38,831 nt of DNA from Candidatus Peregrinibacteria bacterium (GTDB lineage Bacteria > Patescibacteriota > Gracilibacteria > Peribacterales > Peribacteraceae): NCBI GenBank assembly GCA_018662075.1, contig JABJGX010000090.1, positions 1-38,831 on the forward strand. The letters are read 5' to 3'. The notes below the pieces were generated by a model. It did not search any database, was not told the DNA's origin, and saw only the letters and a program-made list of their open reading frames with translations. Within the stretch, counting starts at the first letter, position 1, and every line of letters starts with the position of its first letter. Position numbers and translations under genes: made by a program. Shown piece by piece: positions 29,333 to 38,091 of this stretch.

Positions 29333-30151
29333 ATGAAAATTATGATATTTGGATCAAAGGGCTTTATGGGGCAGTATTTTCTGTCTGCATTTCCAGATGC
29401 TATTTGTCCATCGGTCGATATTGCAGATGCTCCGAAAGTTGCAGAAGTTTTGGATGCCGAGAAGCCAGATGTCGTGATTAACGCTGCAGGAAAGACTGGT
29501 CGTCCGAATGTTGACTGGTGTGAGGATCATAAGATAGAAACCATTCATAGCAATGTACTCGGACCTCTTGTTCTTCTAGAGGAATGTGACAAGCGAAATA
29601 TTTATATGGTGCACATTGGAACAGGGTGTGTGTATTCAGGAGGACCAGAGACAATGTATAGCGAAACAGATGCTCCGAACTTCTTTGGAAGTTTTTATAG
29701 TAGAAGCAAAGGGCATATCGACCAATTGCTTAATGACTTCCCAGTATTAAACATTCGTTTGCGTATGCCTTTTGATGGTACTAACTCAGAGAGAAGCTTG
29801 ATCAACAAGTTAAAGAAGTATGAAAGAGTCATCGATACTGATAACTCTATGACGTACATTCCAGACTTGCTAGCTGCCACGAAGACACTTATAGAAAAGA
29901 AGGCAACTGGGCCATATAATGTTATAAATCCAGGTTCTATGAATCCATATAGGATTATGGAGCTATACACAGAGATTGTTGATCCGAGCCATACATTTGA
30001 AAAACTAGAGCTCGAAGACCTTTCAGAAGTTGCAACAGCTGGACGCAGTAATTGTGTCCTCGATGGCAAGAAACTAGAGGATGAGGGCATTTCTATGCGA
30101 CCGGTTGAGGATGCTGTTCGGGAAGCACTCGAGAAGCTTAAAAATTCATAA
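29333..30151 (+). CDS. NDP-4-dehydrorhamnose reductase family, NRS/ER (3,5-epimerase/4-reductase)-like
   Basis: IFGSKGFMG, AAGKTGRPNVDWCEDHK, GTGCVY, GSFYSRSK, IRLRMP, RSNCVLD. Confidence 0.88.
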   Translation: MKIMIFGSKGFMGQYFLSAFPDAICPSVDIADAPKVAEVLDAEKPDVVINAAGKTGRPNVDWCEDHKIETIHSNVLGPLVLLEECDKRNIYMVHIGTGCVYSGGPETMYSETDAPNFFGSFYSRSKGHIDQLLNDFPVLNIRLRMPFDGTNSERSLINKLKKYERVIDTDNSMTYIPDLLAATKTLIEKKATGPYNVINPGSMNPYRIMELYTEIVDPSHTFEKLELEDLSEVATAGRSNCVLDGKKLEDEGISMRPVEDAVREALEKLKNS

Positions 30152-30201
30152 CTAGAAATTGCTTGAGATAGAAGGATTCTTCTCTACAATATGTTCAACG
30201 T

Positions 30202-30286
30202 GGGTCGGTACCGAAGTGGTCAAACGGGTCTGGCTGTAAACCAGATGTCTCTGACTTCGCTGGTTCGAGTCCAGCCCGGCCCACCA
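30202..30286 (+). tRNA. tRNA-Tyr(GTA)
   Basis: GGGTCGG/CCGGCCC acceptor stem, TCTGG-CTGTAAA-CCAGA anticodon arm, long variable arm, GGTTCGAGTCC, ACCA end. Confidence 0.97.
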
Positions 30287-30315
30287 TATATAATCTGTGA
30301 TATAGTACGTCCACT

Positions 30316-31455
30316 ATGGATTACGATGTCGTTATTGCTGGCGCTGGACCTGTTGGACTCTGTCTTGGGCTCCGTCTAGCACGCGAAGGAAAGAGGGTTC
30401 TTATTTTGGAGAAGAATGCGACAACACATGAACATTCTCGTGCGCCAGGTATTTGGTGTAAGACACAAGATATTTTGGAAAGCCTCGGTGTTATGGAAGA
30501 ATTTGAAAAGCAATCTATCACCATGAACGCATTACAGATGCATGATGTTGATAGCGATCGTATTATTTTAAGGGTCCCACTTGATGACATTAAGCATTTG
30601 ACAGGGTATCCGAGAATTATGGTTATCCCACAGTCACGAACAGAAAGGATTCTTGCAAAGGCTGTAGGGCAAACAGAGGGTGCTGACCTGAAGTTCTCTT
30701 CCGAGATAACAGGGTTTACGCAAGATAAGGCATCAGTCACTGTGGAGTGGAGTGAAAATGGGAAGACACAGAGTGCTACAGCCGAGTACCTAATAGGCTG
30801 TGACGGAGCACATAGCACAGTTCGCGAAATTCTTGGTTTCCATCTGGAGGGTGAAACCTATGGCATGGAGATTGCACTTGCAGATATACGACTAAAAGAT
30901 GAGCGCACAGGTCCAATGATTTCTACAGATGGTGTTATCGTTCTTGCAATAAAGATCGAAGCTGATCTTTGGCGGATGATTTTGATCCATGCACGAAAAG
31001 AAGAAATGTCTCTTGAGGAGCGCATTGTAAAAGCAGCAGGTCAGTTGTTTCCTGGAAAGAGTTATGAAGATGTGTGGAGTAGTGAGTTCAGAATTCACAA
31101 TCGCATTAGCTCGGACTTTGTTGAGGGACGAGTAGCCCTTGCGGGAGATGCAGCCCACCTTAATAGCCCTGTGGGAGGGCAGGGGATGAACGCAGGAATT
31201 CAAGATACAGAAGTTCTCGGAAATATTCTTTTATCAGCACTCGATGAAAACAAGCCATCACACCTGGAGGTGTACAGTCACTATAGAAAGGCAGCAGTAA
31301 AGGGCGGCGTAAACCGGTTTACCGATATCCTGACAAACGTTCTTTTTGTCTGGAAGGGGAGAATCCTAAAGCTCGTCATGCGAACATGGAATATCATGCT
31401 ACGTGTTCCGTTTATTCGAAAACGATTCGTGAGAAAGATTACAATGCTGTCTTAG
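30316..31455 (+). CDS. FAD-dependent monooxygenase (FAD_binding_3; PheA/TfdB/MhpA-like)
   Basis: VVIAGAGPVG, LIGCDGAHSTVR, VALAGDAAHLNSPVGGQGMNAGIQD. Confidence 0.92.
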   Translation: MDYDVVIAGAGPVGLCLGLRLAREGKRVLILEKNATTHEHSRAPGIWCKTQDILESLGVMEEFEKQSITMNALQMHDVDSDRIILRVPLDDIKHLTGYPRIMVIPQSRTERILAKAVGQTEGADLKFSSEITGFTQDKASVTVEWSENGKTQSATAEYLIGCDGAHSTVREILGFHLEGETYGMEIALADIRLKDERTGPMISTDGVIVLAIKIEADLWRMILIHARKEEMSLEERIVKAAGQLFPGKSYEDVWSSEFRIHNRISSDFVEGRVALAGDAAHLNSPVGGQGMNAGIQDTEVLGNILLSALDENKPSHLEVYSHYRKAAVKGGVNRFTDILTNVLFVWKGRILKLVMRTWNIMLRVPFIRKRFVRKITMLS

Positions 31456-31586
31456 GATAATATATATCTATAACATAAATACAAATTGAAAAAAGTATAC
31501 GCACTCTTAGAGCGATTTGGCTCCGTTTGGCAATATTCCTCAAAAATTGCTACCCATTTGGTAAAAAGGCGAGTATAGTGCCCCGG

Positions 31587-32906
31587 ATGAAAAACGATAA
31601 CGACGCACAACCAGCTGAGCCCTCTGGCTTTCAGGAGATGGGTATCAGCGAAGACCTCTTAAAGATCCTCAATGCACGAGGCATAACGAAACCGACCCCA
31701 ATTCAGCATCAGGCTATTCCCGTGGCACTTCAAGGGAAAGATCTCATTGGTGTAGCGCAAACTGGTACAGGAAAGACCTTCGCATTTGGACTACCACTTA
31801 TTCAGCACCTAGCTGCAGGAAAGAAAAGAGCACTTATCGTGCTTCCTACACGAGAACTTGCATACCAAGTAGACGATGCCTTAAGGCCATTTGCTAATGC
31901 CGTTGGTATCAAGACTGCTGTCTTTGTTGGAGGATCACCAATGTACCTTCAGAAAAAGGCATTAAAGACGAACCCACGAATTTTGGTAACTACTCCTGGT
32001 CGACTTAATGACCACTTGGACCAAAGGACGGTAACGCTTAAGGAGGTTGAAATATTGGTTTTGGATGAAGCTGACCGAATGCTGGATATGGGTTTCAAGC
32101 CTCAAATTAACAAGATACTAAGTCAGATCCCACGTGAGCGTCAGACGTTGCTCTTTTCAGCAACAATGCCACAAGGAATTGTAAAACTTGCAACAGCAGA
32201 GATGGATATGCCACTGCGCATCGAGGTAGCGCAGGAAGGAACAACAGCAACAAATGTGGAGCAAGAGCTTATTATCGTAAAACAGCACGATAAGTTACAA
32301 CTATTAATATCACTACTAAAGGAGCATCAGGGAAAAATTATCGTTTTCTCTCGTACAAAGCATGGTACAAAGAAGATTACAAAAGTACTGAACGATGAAA
32401 GGTTCAAAGCCGCAGAGATCCATGGAAATAGAACATTGGGACAGAGAAGAGCTGCTCTTGCAGGCTTTAAGACAGGTGCAAGCAGAGTGCTCGTTGCAAC
32501 AGACGTTGCATCTCGTGGTATCGATGTTTCAGATATTGCGGTAGTTATTAACTACGACCTTCCAGATGACGCAGCAGATTACGTTCACCGTATTGGACGT
32601 ACGGCACGTGCTGGAAAAGAGGGTAAGGCTATTTCTTTCGCAACACCAACTCAAGCAGGTCATATTCGTGATATAGAGAGGCTAATCCGTACACCTATTC
32701 CACGAAAGGCACATGCTTCTCTTCCAACAGTTTCAATGGAAAGAGGGGGCGGAGGAGGTGGACGACCACCACGACGAGGAAGTGGAGGAGGAAGAAGCTC
32801 TGGCGGGTATTCATCAGGACGAAGTTCTGGAGGTTCATCTGGTGGACGAAGTTTCAGTAGTAGGAAACCGAAACCAAGCAGCGGAGGAAATAGGCGTCGT
32901 CGTTAA
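31587..32906 (+). CDS. DEAD-box RNA helicase (RhlE-like) with Gly/Arg/Ser-rich tail
   Basis: PTPIQ, AQTGTGKT, PTRELA, TPGRL, LDEADRMLDMGF, SAT, HRIGRTAR; start likely ATG 31587. Confidence 0.96.
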   Translation: MKNDNDAQPAEPSGFQEMGISEDLLKILNARGITKPTPIQHQAIPVALQGKDLIGVAQTGTGKTFAFGLPLIQHLAAGKKRALIVLPTRELAYQVDDALRPFANAVGIKTAVFVGGSPMYLQKKALKTNPRILVTTPGRLNDHLDQRTVTLKEVEILVLDEADRMLDMGFKPQINKILSQIPRERQTLLFSATMPQGIVKLATAEMDMPLRIEVAQEGTTATNVEQELIIVKQHDKLQLLISLLKEHQGKIIVFSRTKHGTKKITKVLNDERFKAAEIHGNRTLGQRRAALAGFKTGASRVLVATDVASRGIDVSDIAVVINYDLPDDAADYVHRIGRTARAGKEGKAISFATPTQAGHIRDIERLIRTPIPRKAHASLPTVSMERGGGGGGRPPRRGSGGGRSSGGYSSGRSSGGSSGGRSFSSRKPKPSSGGNRRRR

Positions 32907-32946
32907 TAAATTTTCGATTTCATAATCTGTCGACTATGTTCATTTA

Positions 32947-33138
32947 ATGATAGATCGTGTAAGACATTCAGAAAAGAATAGAAACCAAGACCTTCTCGAT
33001 GACTTCGATACTCTTAAAGATAAGTGGTATGATATGTTCCCAGAGCCTTTTGGGGCAATTGAGCAGTCGGAGAACTCAAGTCAGTGGTTATTTGATAGAA
33101 GTCAGAGTAGGGTAAATGGAGGTTCATCCTATAATTAA
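32947..33138 (+). CDS. Small hypothetical protein (63 aa)
   Basis: Fills gap between helicase and DUF1761 gene; TATGTT 6 nt before ATG; no motif. Confidence 0.4.
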   Translation: MIDRVRHSEKNRNQDLLDDFDTLKDKWYDMFPEPFGAIEQSENSSQWLFDRSQSRVNGGSSYN

Positions 33139-33149
33139 CCCACTTCTCT

Positions 33150-33566
33150 ATGATAGACTTTTCAAGTATTAACTTCATTGCTGTTCTCATGGCATCTATT
33201 GCATCTATGGCAATTGGTTTTGTCTGGTATAACCCAAAGGCATTTGGTAGTGCGTGGATGAAATGTATTGGCATGACCGAAGCAGATCAAAACAAAGAAG
33301 ATATGAAGAAGTCGGTGGGAATAGGATTCATTGCTACTGTTATTAGTATGACATTTATTGCTCTTATATTAGAGATTATTGGTACATCTACTATAACTGA
33401 AGCAGCAACCGTTGCTGTTGTTCTATGGGTAGCAACAGCGCTTCCAGGGGCATTACATGGCGTTGCGTGGGAGAAGCATCCTATGCATCTTGTGTACATT
33501 AATACCGGTAATGCGCTGGTGACATATATCGTTGGTGCTGTCATCTTGCAATGGTGGCCTGCATAA
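33150..33566 (+). CDS. DUF1761 family membrane protein
   Basis: INFIAVLMASIASMAIGFVWYNPKAFGSAWMK signature, four TM helices. Confidence 0.88.
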   Translation: MIDFSSINFIAVLMASIASMAIGFVWYNPKAFGSAWMKCIGMTEADQNKEDMKKSVGIGFIATVISMTFIALILEIIGTSTITEAATVAVVLWVATALPGALHGVAWEKHPMHLVYINTGNALVTYIVGAVILQWWPA

Positions 33567-33594
33567 CTTACACTTTCGCTCCTACTTTCTACTT

Positions 33595-34218
33595 ATGATG
33601 ACTATGTCACCAAAACTTCTTATTCCACTATTTGCTCTCGCAATTTTACTTTCCGCATGTACAACGTCAGTTGTAACTAATGAGGATCGAGAATTACCAA
33701 TGCCAACTGAGTTAGAAGGTCTTAGAGATTCAAGGTCAACATTTACAGGAACATTAAATGAAGTTCTTTCAGACAGCTTGTTTGCATTTGTTGGATCAAA
33801 AGGAGATATCATCTCACATGAATGTAAGTTTAATGAATTTACAACAGAGGTCGTATTTGACAATGGTATGCCAGTGTCACTAACAGCATCTATCGCTATT
33901 AATAGCCTCGAGACTGATACAGGAAAACTGACAGCACACCTATTAACAGATGATTTCTTCTCAGCAGAAACATACGAGACGGCAACTTTCGAGTCTACGT
34001 CTATTGTGATGAATAAAGGAGAAGACTTCACAGTTACAGGTACTCTTACTATAAAAGATGTGAGTAATGAGGAGGTTATTACAATGGTCATCAACGAAGA
34101 ATACGTTCAGGCAAGTCATACAATAGATAGAACAGCATATTCTATTGGCGGACCTACAGAAGGCCTAAAGGCTGTAAATGCAGCGATTCCACTAGAGATC
34201 AAAGTAGAGCTTCAGTAA
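33595..34218 (+). CDS. YceI-family (polyisoprenoid-binding) lipoprotein
   Basis: Lipobox LLSAC; SLETDTGKLTAHLLTDDFFSAETYETATFESTSI, VTGTLTIKDVS, IDRTAYSIG; start at ATG 33595-33604. Confidence 0.85.
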   Translation: MMTMSPKLLIPLFALAILLSACTTSVVTNEDRELPMPTELEGLRDSRSTFTGTLNEVLSDSLFAFVGSKGDIISHECKFNEFTTEVVFDNGMPVSLTASIAINSLETDTGKLTAHLLTDDFFSAETYETATFESTSIVMNKGEDFTVTGTLTIKDVSNEEVITMVINEEYVQASHTIDRTAYSIGGPTEGLKAVNAAIPLEIKVELQ

Positions 34219-36114
34219 TTACTGATTTCCCAATTGGCTTAAAGCAGATGTGGCCCTGGTATTGCCTGGGTCATGTTTGAGTACTTCAGTAAATTGCTCG
34301 ATAGCCATACCGATCTTATTTCGATCTGCATAGGCAATACCAAGGTTAATGCGAGCGGCGACGAATCTTGGTTCTAGGTCTACTGCTTTTTCTAGGCTCT
34401 CTAGGCTCTCTCTATTTCTACCTACCTTCTTATAAGCAGAAGAAAGGTTGAAGTGCACCTGTGGAAAGAAGGGGTTAATCTGAAGTCCCTTTTCAAGTAT
34501 GGCAATTGCATCATCTATCTGTCCTGCTTGTATATATAAAGACCCTAGGTTTACATATGGGGTGACCAGAAGAGGGTTCGCTTCAATTGCCTGTTCATAG
34601 TATTGCCGCGCCATAGAACCATTTCCAACTTGCATGAGCATAAGACCTTTACCCTGTAATGCAAGAGCGTTTTTAGGGTTTAGGCGAAGTGCTTCATCGT
34701 AGTGGTTTCGAGCAGCATGAATATCGCCTTGTTCCCTTCGTGCAGAACCAAGATTGGCAAGGATCTTACTTTCCCCCTCTTTAATATCCGATGTGGTTCG
34801 GCTGTGTTCCCAGCTCAGAGCTAGAGATGTTTCATAGTGCTCGATTGCCTTATCTGTTTCACCTGTGCTTCTTAGATGGTTTCCAATGTTGTTATAGGCA
34901 ATGGCAGAATTTGGGTAGGTATCGATAGCATTCTGGAAAAGAGTTGCCGAGTTGGTCCAGGTAAGAGATTGCATATTACAACCAATTCCAAGTCCTATAA
35001 GTACTGCAATAGACCCATAGTTTACAAAATTGTTTTGGCGAATGTAGGATCCGACTATAAACAACAGTCCAATCATTCCGGCATATGCATATCTGTCTGA
35101 CGCAAAGTAGATGAAGTCCCCCTTAGAGAAGTTCAGTACACTTGGTGACACACAGAGGGTAAACCATGCAAGTCCGAAGAAGATCGCCTTTGTACTTTTA
35201 AGCGAATATATTCCAATGCCAATAATGGCAATCATAACAACCAGAGGTAGTAGAAGTGTTGGGTTTGTAAGGCTGACGTCACTCGTAAATGGATAGAGGA
35301 CAGAGAGGTGAGTCGGAACAAAAAACTTTTCTATATAGAAGATGAAACTCTTCGTTGGAATAAGTATCTTCTCAAGAAGGGTTGAGCTTCCAAGAACACC
35401 TGTTTTCCCAAACACAGCAATGACTGCAAAAATACCCGAAAGTACAAAGTAGGGGATTTTCTCTTTCATCATATTCTTTGTCATATTCCGAGCCTCTTTC
35501 CAGTCGATAAGAAGAAGAAGTACAGGAAGTCCAATAACAGTGACTTTCGCAAGAAGCCCTAGTGCAAAGGCAGAAATAGACACGTAGTAGTGGCAGCGTT
35601 GGCTGGTACGCCTATAGGAAATGTAGCTAAGAACAGATGCAAGAAGCCATGCAATAGACAGAAGGTCTTTACGGGCACTAGCCCAGACAACAGCTTCGGT
35701 GTTAAGCGGATGCAGTGCAAAGACGAGCCCGAGGAATAGTGCAATCCATCTCTTGTGCATCATGGTGGCAAGAAGCCATGTTATAAGAAGGCTATTGACC
35801 AGGTGCAATGCGAGATTGTGAAAGTGGTACACAGAAGGATTGATACCTCCAATCATGTAGTCCAGTTGATAGCTTATTAGGGTCAGTGGAATGTAGAGTT
35901 CAGGGTCGTACGTCGTAAAGACGGTATAGAGGTTTTTTAGTGTTATTCCTCTGATTGCAGGGTTCTCGTAGATAAGCATGCCGTCATCCCATCGTACAAA
36001 CCCAAAAGAAAGCGAAGGCCCGTAGACAATCAGGAGTATAAAAAAGAAGAGTCCAACGATGCTGAGCAGCACGGATCTCTTTGGAAGAATGTCTAATGGG
36101 GAGGCAAAATTCAT
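34219..36114 (-). CDS. TMTC-like GT-C membrane glycosyltransferase with C-terminal TPR repeats
   Basis: FVRWDD..IYENP, YIPLT, YHFHNLALH, FALHPLNTEAVVWASARKD, SDRYAY, WTNSATLF, then several TPRs (AYNNIG, YVNLG, HFNLS, RINLG). Confidence 0.85.
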   Translation of the reverse strand: MNFASPLDILPKRSVLLSIVGLFFFILLIVYGPSLSFGFVRWDDGMLIYENPAIRGITLKNLYTVFTTYDPELYIPLTLISYQLDYMIGGINPSVYHFHNLALHLVNSLLITWLLATMMHKRWIALFLGLVFALHPLNTEAVVWASARKDLLSIAWLLASVLSYISYRRTSQRCHYYVSISAFALGLLAKVTVIGLPVLLLLIDWKEARNMTKNMMKEKIPYFVLSGIFAVIAVFGKTGVLGSSTLLEKILIPTKSFIFYIEKFFVPTHLSVLYPFTSDVSLTNPTLLLPLVVMIAIIGIGIYSLKSTKAIFFGLAWFTLCVSPSVLNFSKGDFIYFASDRYAYAGMIGLLFIVGSYIRQNNFVNYGSIAVLIGLGIGCNMQSLTWTNSATLFQNAIDTYPNSAIAYNNIGNHLRSTGETDKAIEHYETSLALSWEHSRTTSDIKEGESKILANLGSARREQGDIHAARNHYDEALRLNPKNALALQGKGLMLMQVGNGSMARQYYEQAIEANPLLVTPYVNLGSLYIQAGQIDDAIAILEKGLQINPFFPQVHFNLSSAYKKVGRNRESLESLEKAVDLEPRFVAARINLGIAYADRNKIGMAIEQFTEVLKHDPGNTRATSALSQLGNQ

Positions 36115-36123
36115 GCCTAGATA

Positions 36124-36873
36124 CTACATTGCGATGTCCGCAATGTCTCGTAGAAGTACACCAATACCATAGGCAACAAATGCGCCAAGTGCCCCAACAG
36201 TAACAATTTCGATAGGCCCACGGAAGATGCGTTCTTTTGTCACGATGCTTCTTGTAAGCCCGAGTATCGCTAGTGCTCCGAAAGTTGACCAAATGGCAAT
36301 GGTAAAGCGGCTATCTGCTTCTAGACGAAGTAGGTATGGAAGGAGTGGAATAGAACCAAATACCAAAAAGCTAGAAAACGTCATTAGTCCATGCACAACA
36401 GGGTGCCCTCCCGAGTCGCGTATCATTCCATGCTCTTCAGCCATCATGACATCTGCCCAGACGTCTTTATCACTGGTGATAATATCGACAACACTATCCA
36501 AGTCTTTCCCCGTAAACCCTTTTCTTTCGTACGCCTCACGTACTTCTTCTTTTTCGATCTCTGGAATTTCCTCTATTTCATCCATCTCTTCTTTTCTAAG
36601 TTTTTCAAAATGGTCCATCTCAGACTTAATAGCAAGGTACGATCCTGTTCCCATAGAAGTGCCATCGGCTACGAGGTTTGCAAGTCCAAGAATAATAACG
36701 ACGTAGTGCGGTAGGTCTGCTCCAACTGTTCCTGCAACGACCGCAAATGTCGTTACAATTCCATCGTTACCGCCATAAACAATATCTTGAATAAATGGAC
36801 CAAGTTTAGAACCATGGCGTTCTTCAAGCTTATGTTCTTCAAGCCGCTGCTTTATAGTCTCATCAGTAGTCAT
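36124..36873 (-). CDS. VIT1/CCC1 family Fe/Mn transporter
   Basis: [37 protein letters not shown], Glu-rich cytosolic domain, [15 protein letters not shown]. Confidence 0.93.
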   Translation of the reverse strand: MTTDETIKQRLEEHKLEERHGSKLGPFIQDIVYGGNDGIVTTFAVVAGTVGADLPHYVVIILGLANLVADGTSMGTGSYLAIKSEMDHFEKLRKEEMDEIEEIPEIEKEEVREAYERKGFTGKDLDSVVDIITSDKDVWADVMMAEEHGMIRDSGGHPVVHGLMTFSSFLVFGSIPLLPYLLRLEADSRFTIAIWSTFGALAILGLTRSIVTKERIFRGPIEIVTVGALGAFVAYGIGVLLRDIADIAM

Positions 36874-36945
36874 TTTATGTAGTGTACACTGAAAGCGCTT
36901 TTTCGCAATCTCTCATCTAGGTAGTGCTGATGTACAATATTAATC

Positions 36946-38091
36946 ATGTTGAAGCCAAAGATTATTGTAGCTTTCATTGCAGGCATGATTGCAGTGTTTT
37001 CCGGTAGTGTTGTTGCACAGCAGTTTGGAGGACTTCTTTTTCCAGACGTAGTGCCAAATGATTATTTTTATGATTCAGTTAATCGATTCGCAAAGAAAGG
37101 AACTATCACAGGGTATGACTCTGGTCGGTTCGGTCCACACGACTATGTAACGCGCGGTCAGGTTGCAGTTATTTTAGATAGATACGACCAGCAGACAATA
37201 AGCTTGATGCGAAACCAGATAGCGCAGATTAGAGGGCAATTGGGTCTTGGTGCATGTGGTGATGGGTCTATTCAGGTTGGCGAAGAGTGTGATGATGGTA
37301 ATTCATTAAATGGAGATGGTTGCACGGTTGACTGCCAAGAAGAGATTCACTGTAGTGGTGGATACAAGATAGGGGACAGGTATCCAGCACCAGACGGGTG
37401 TAATATCTGCTCTTGTACAGAAGCTGGTATTGCATGTACCGAGAGAGCGTGTACGCAAAAGAAATGCTTCTCTAGTGCTGAATGTATTCAAAGCGAAGTG
37501 TGCTCTGTTGAACAAGGTGATTGTAGATATCCTTGTCCAAAGGGTGCTGTATGTATTCAGGCATGTGCAGGAGTATGTATTCCGCGCGCAGCCACAACAA
37601 TTTGTGGTAATGGCACATGTGAAGATGGTGAAACAGCATTCCCAGATAGAACAGGGGCAAGTCTATATTGTCCGCAAGATTGTGATCTTGGAGGACCAGT
37701 ATGTGGAGATGCAATTTGTGCAGCTGGGGAAAGCGATGAATACAGAATTGGGGACAATGGTCCTGAATTATTGCGTCGTGGAACATGCCCAGAAGACTGC
37801 GAAGGTGGCTTAACCTCATGTGAGCAAAAGAAGAAAAGTATAGACGTTCTGTTTGATAGGAATGTGAAATGCGAAGAGGATTCAGACTGTACGGTATTTA
37901 CACGCGGATGCAGTCCATACCTCACGTGTGGGAAGGCAGTACAGAAAGATCAGATCATCATGGTTACGTCAGAGGTGCTGAAGTACGCAGATGAATGTGC
38001 TACAGAAGAACCGACACTCTGTGCTAGTTGTTTACCAAGCAGTGCCCAGTGTATAAATAACGTCTGTACTGTTGTACAGGGAGATCTTTAA
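36946..38091 (+). CDS. Secreted SLH-domain protein with Cys-rich repeats (Myxococcus Cys-rich/DUF4215-like, pacifastin-like)
   Basis: Signal peptide; FPDV..DYFYDSV...GTITGYDSGRFGPHDYVTRGQVA (SLH); CGDGSIQVGEECDDGNSLNGDGCTVDC; about 36 Cys by hand count. Confidence 0.85.
   Translation: MLKPKIIVAFIAGMIAVFSGSVVAQQFGGLLFPDVVPNDYFYDSVNRFAKKGTITGYDSGRFGPHDYVTRGQVAVILDRYDQQTISLMRNQIAQIRGQLGLGACGDGSIQVGEECDDGNSLNGDGCTVDCQEEIHCSGGYKIGDRYPAPDGCNICSCTEAGIACTERACTQKKCFSSAECIQSEVCSVEQGDCRYPCPKGAVCIQACAGVCIPRAATTICGNGTCEDGETAFPDRTGASLYCPQDCDLGGPVCGDAICAAGESDEYRIGDNGPELLRRGTCPEDCEGGLTSCEQKKKSIDVLFDRNVKCEEDSDCTVFTRGCSPYLTCGKAVQKDQIIMVTSEVLKYADECATEEPTLCASCLPSSAQCINNVCTVVQGDL

Noticed and set aside
30191-30379. 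62 aa ORF
   Set aside because: Overlaps tRNA-Tyr and the monooxygenase start
30270-33140. Integrative element at tRNA-Tyr
   Set aside because: No integrase, and I found no duplicate of the tRNA 3' end in the window
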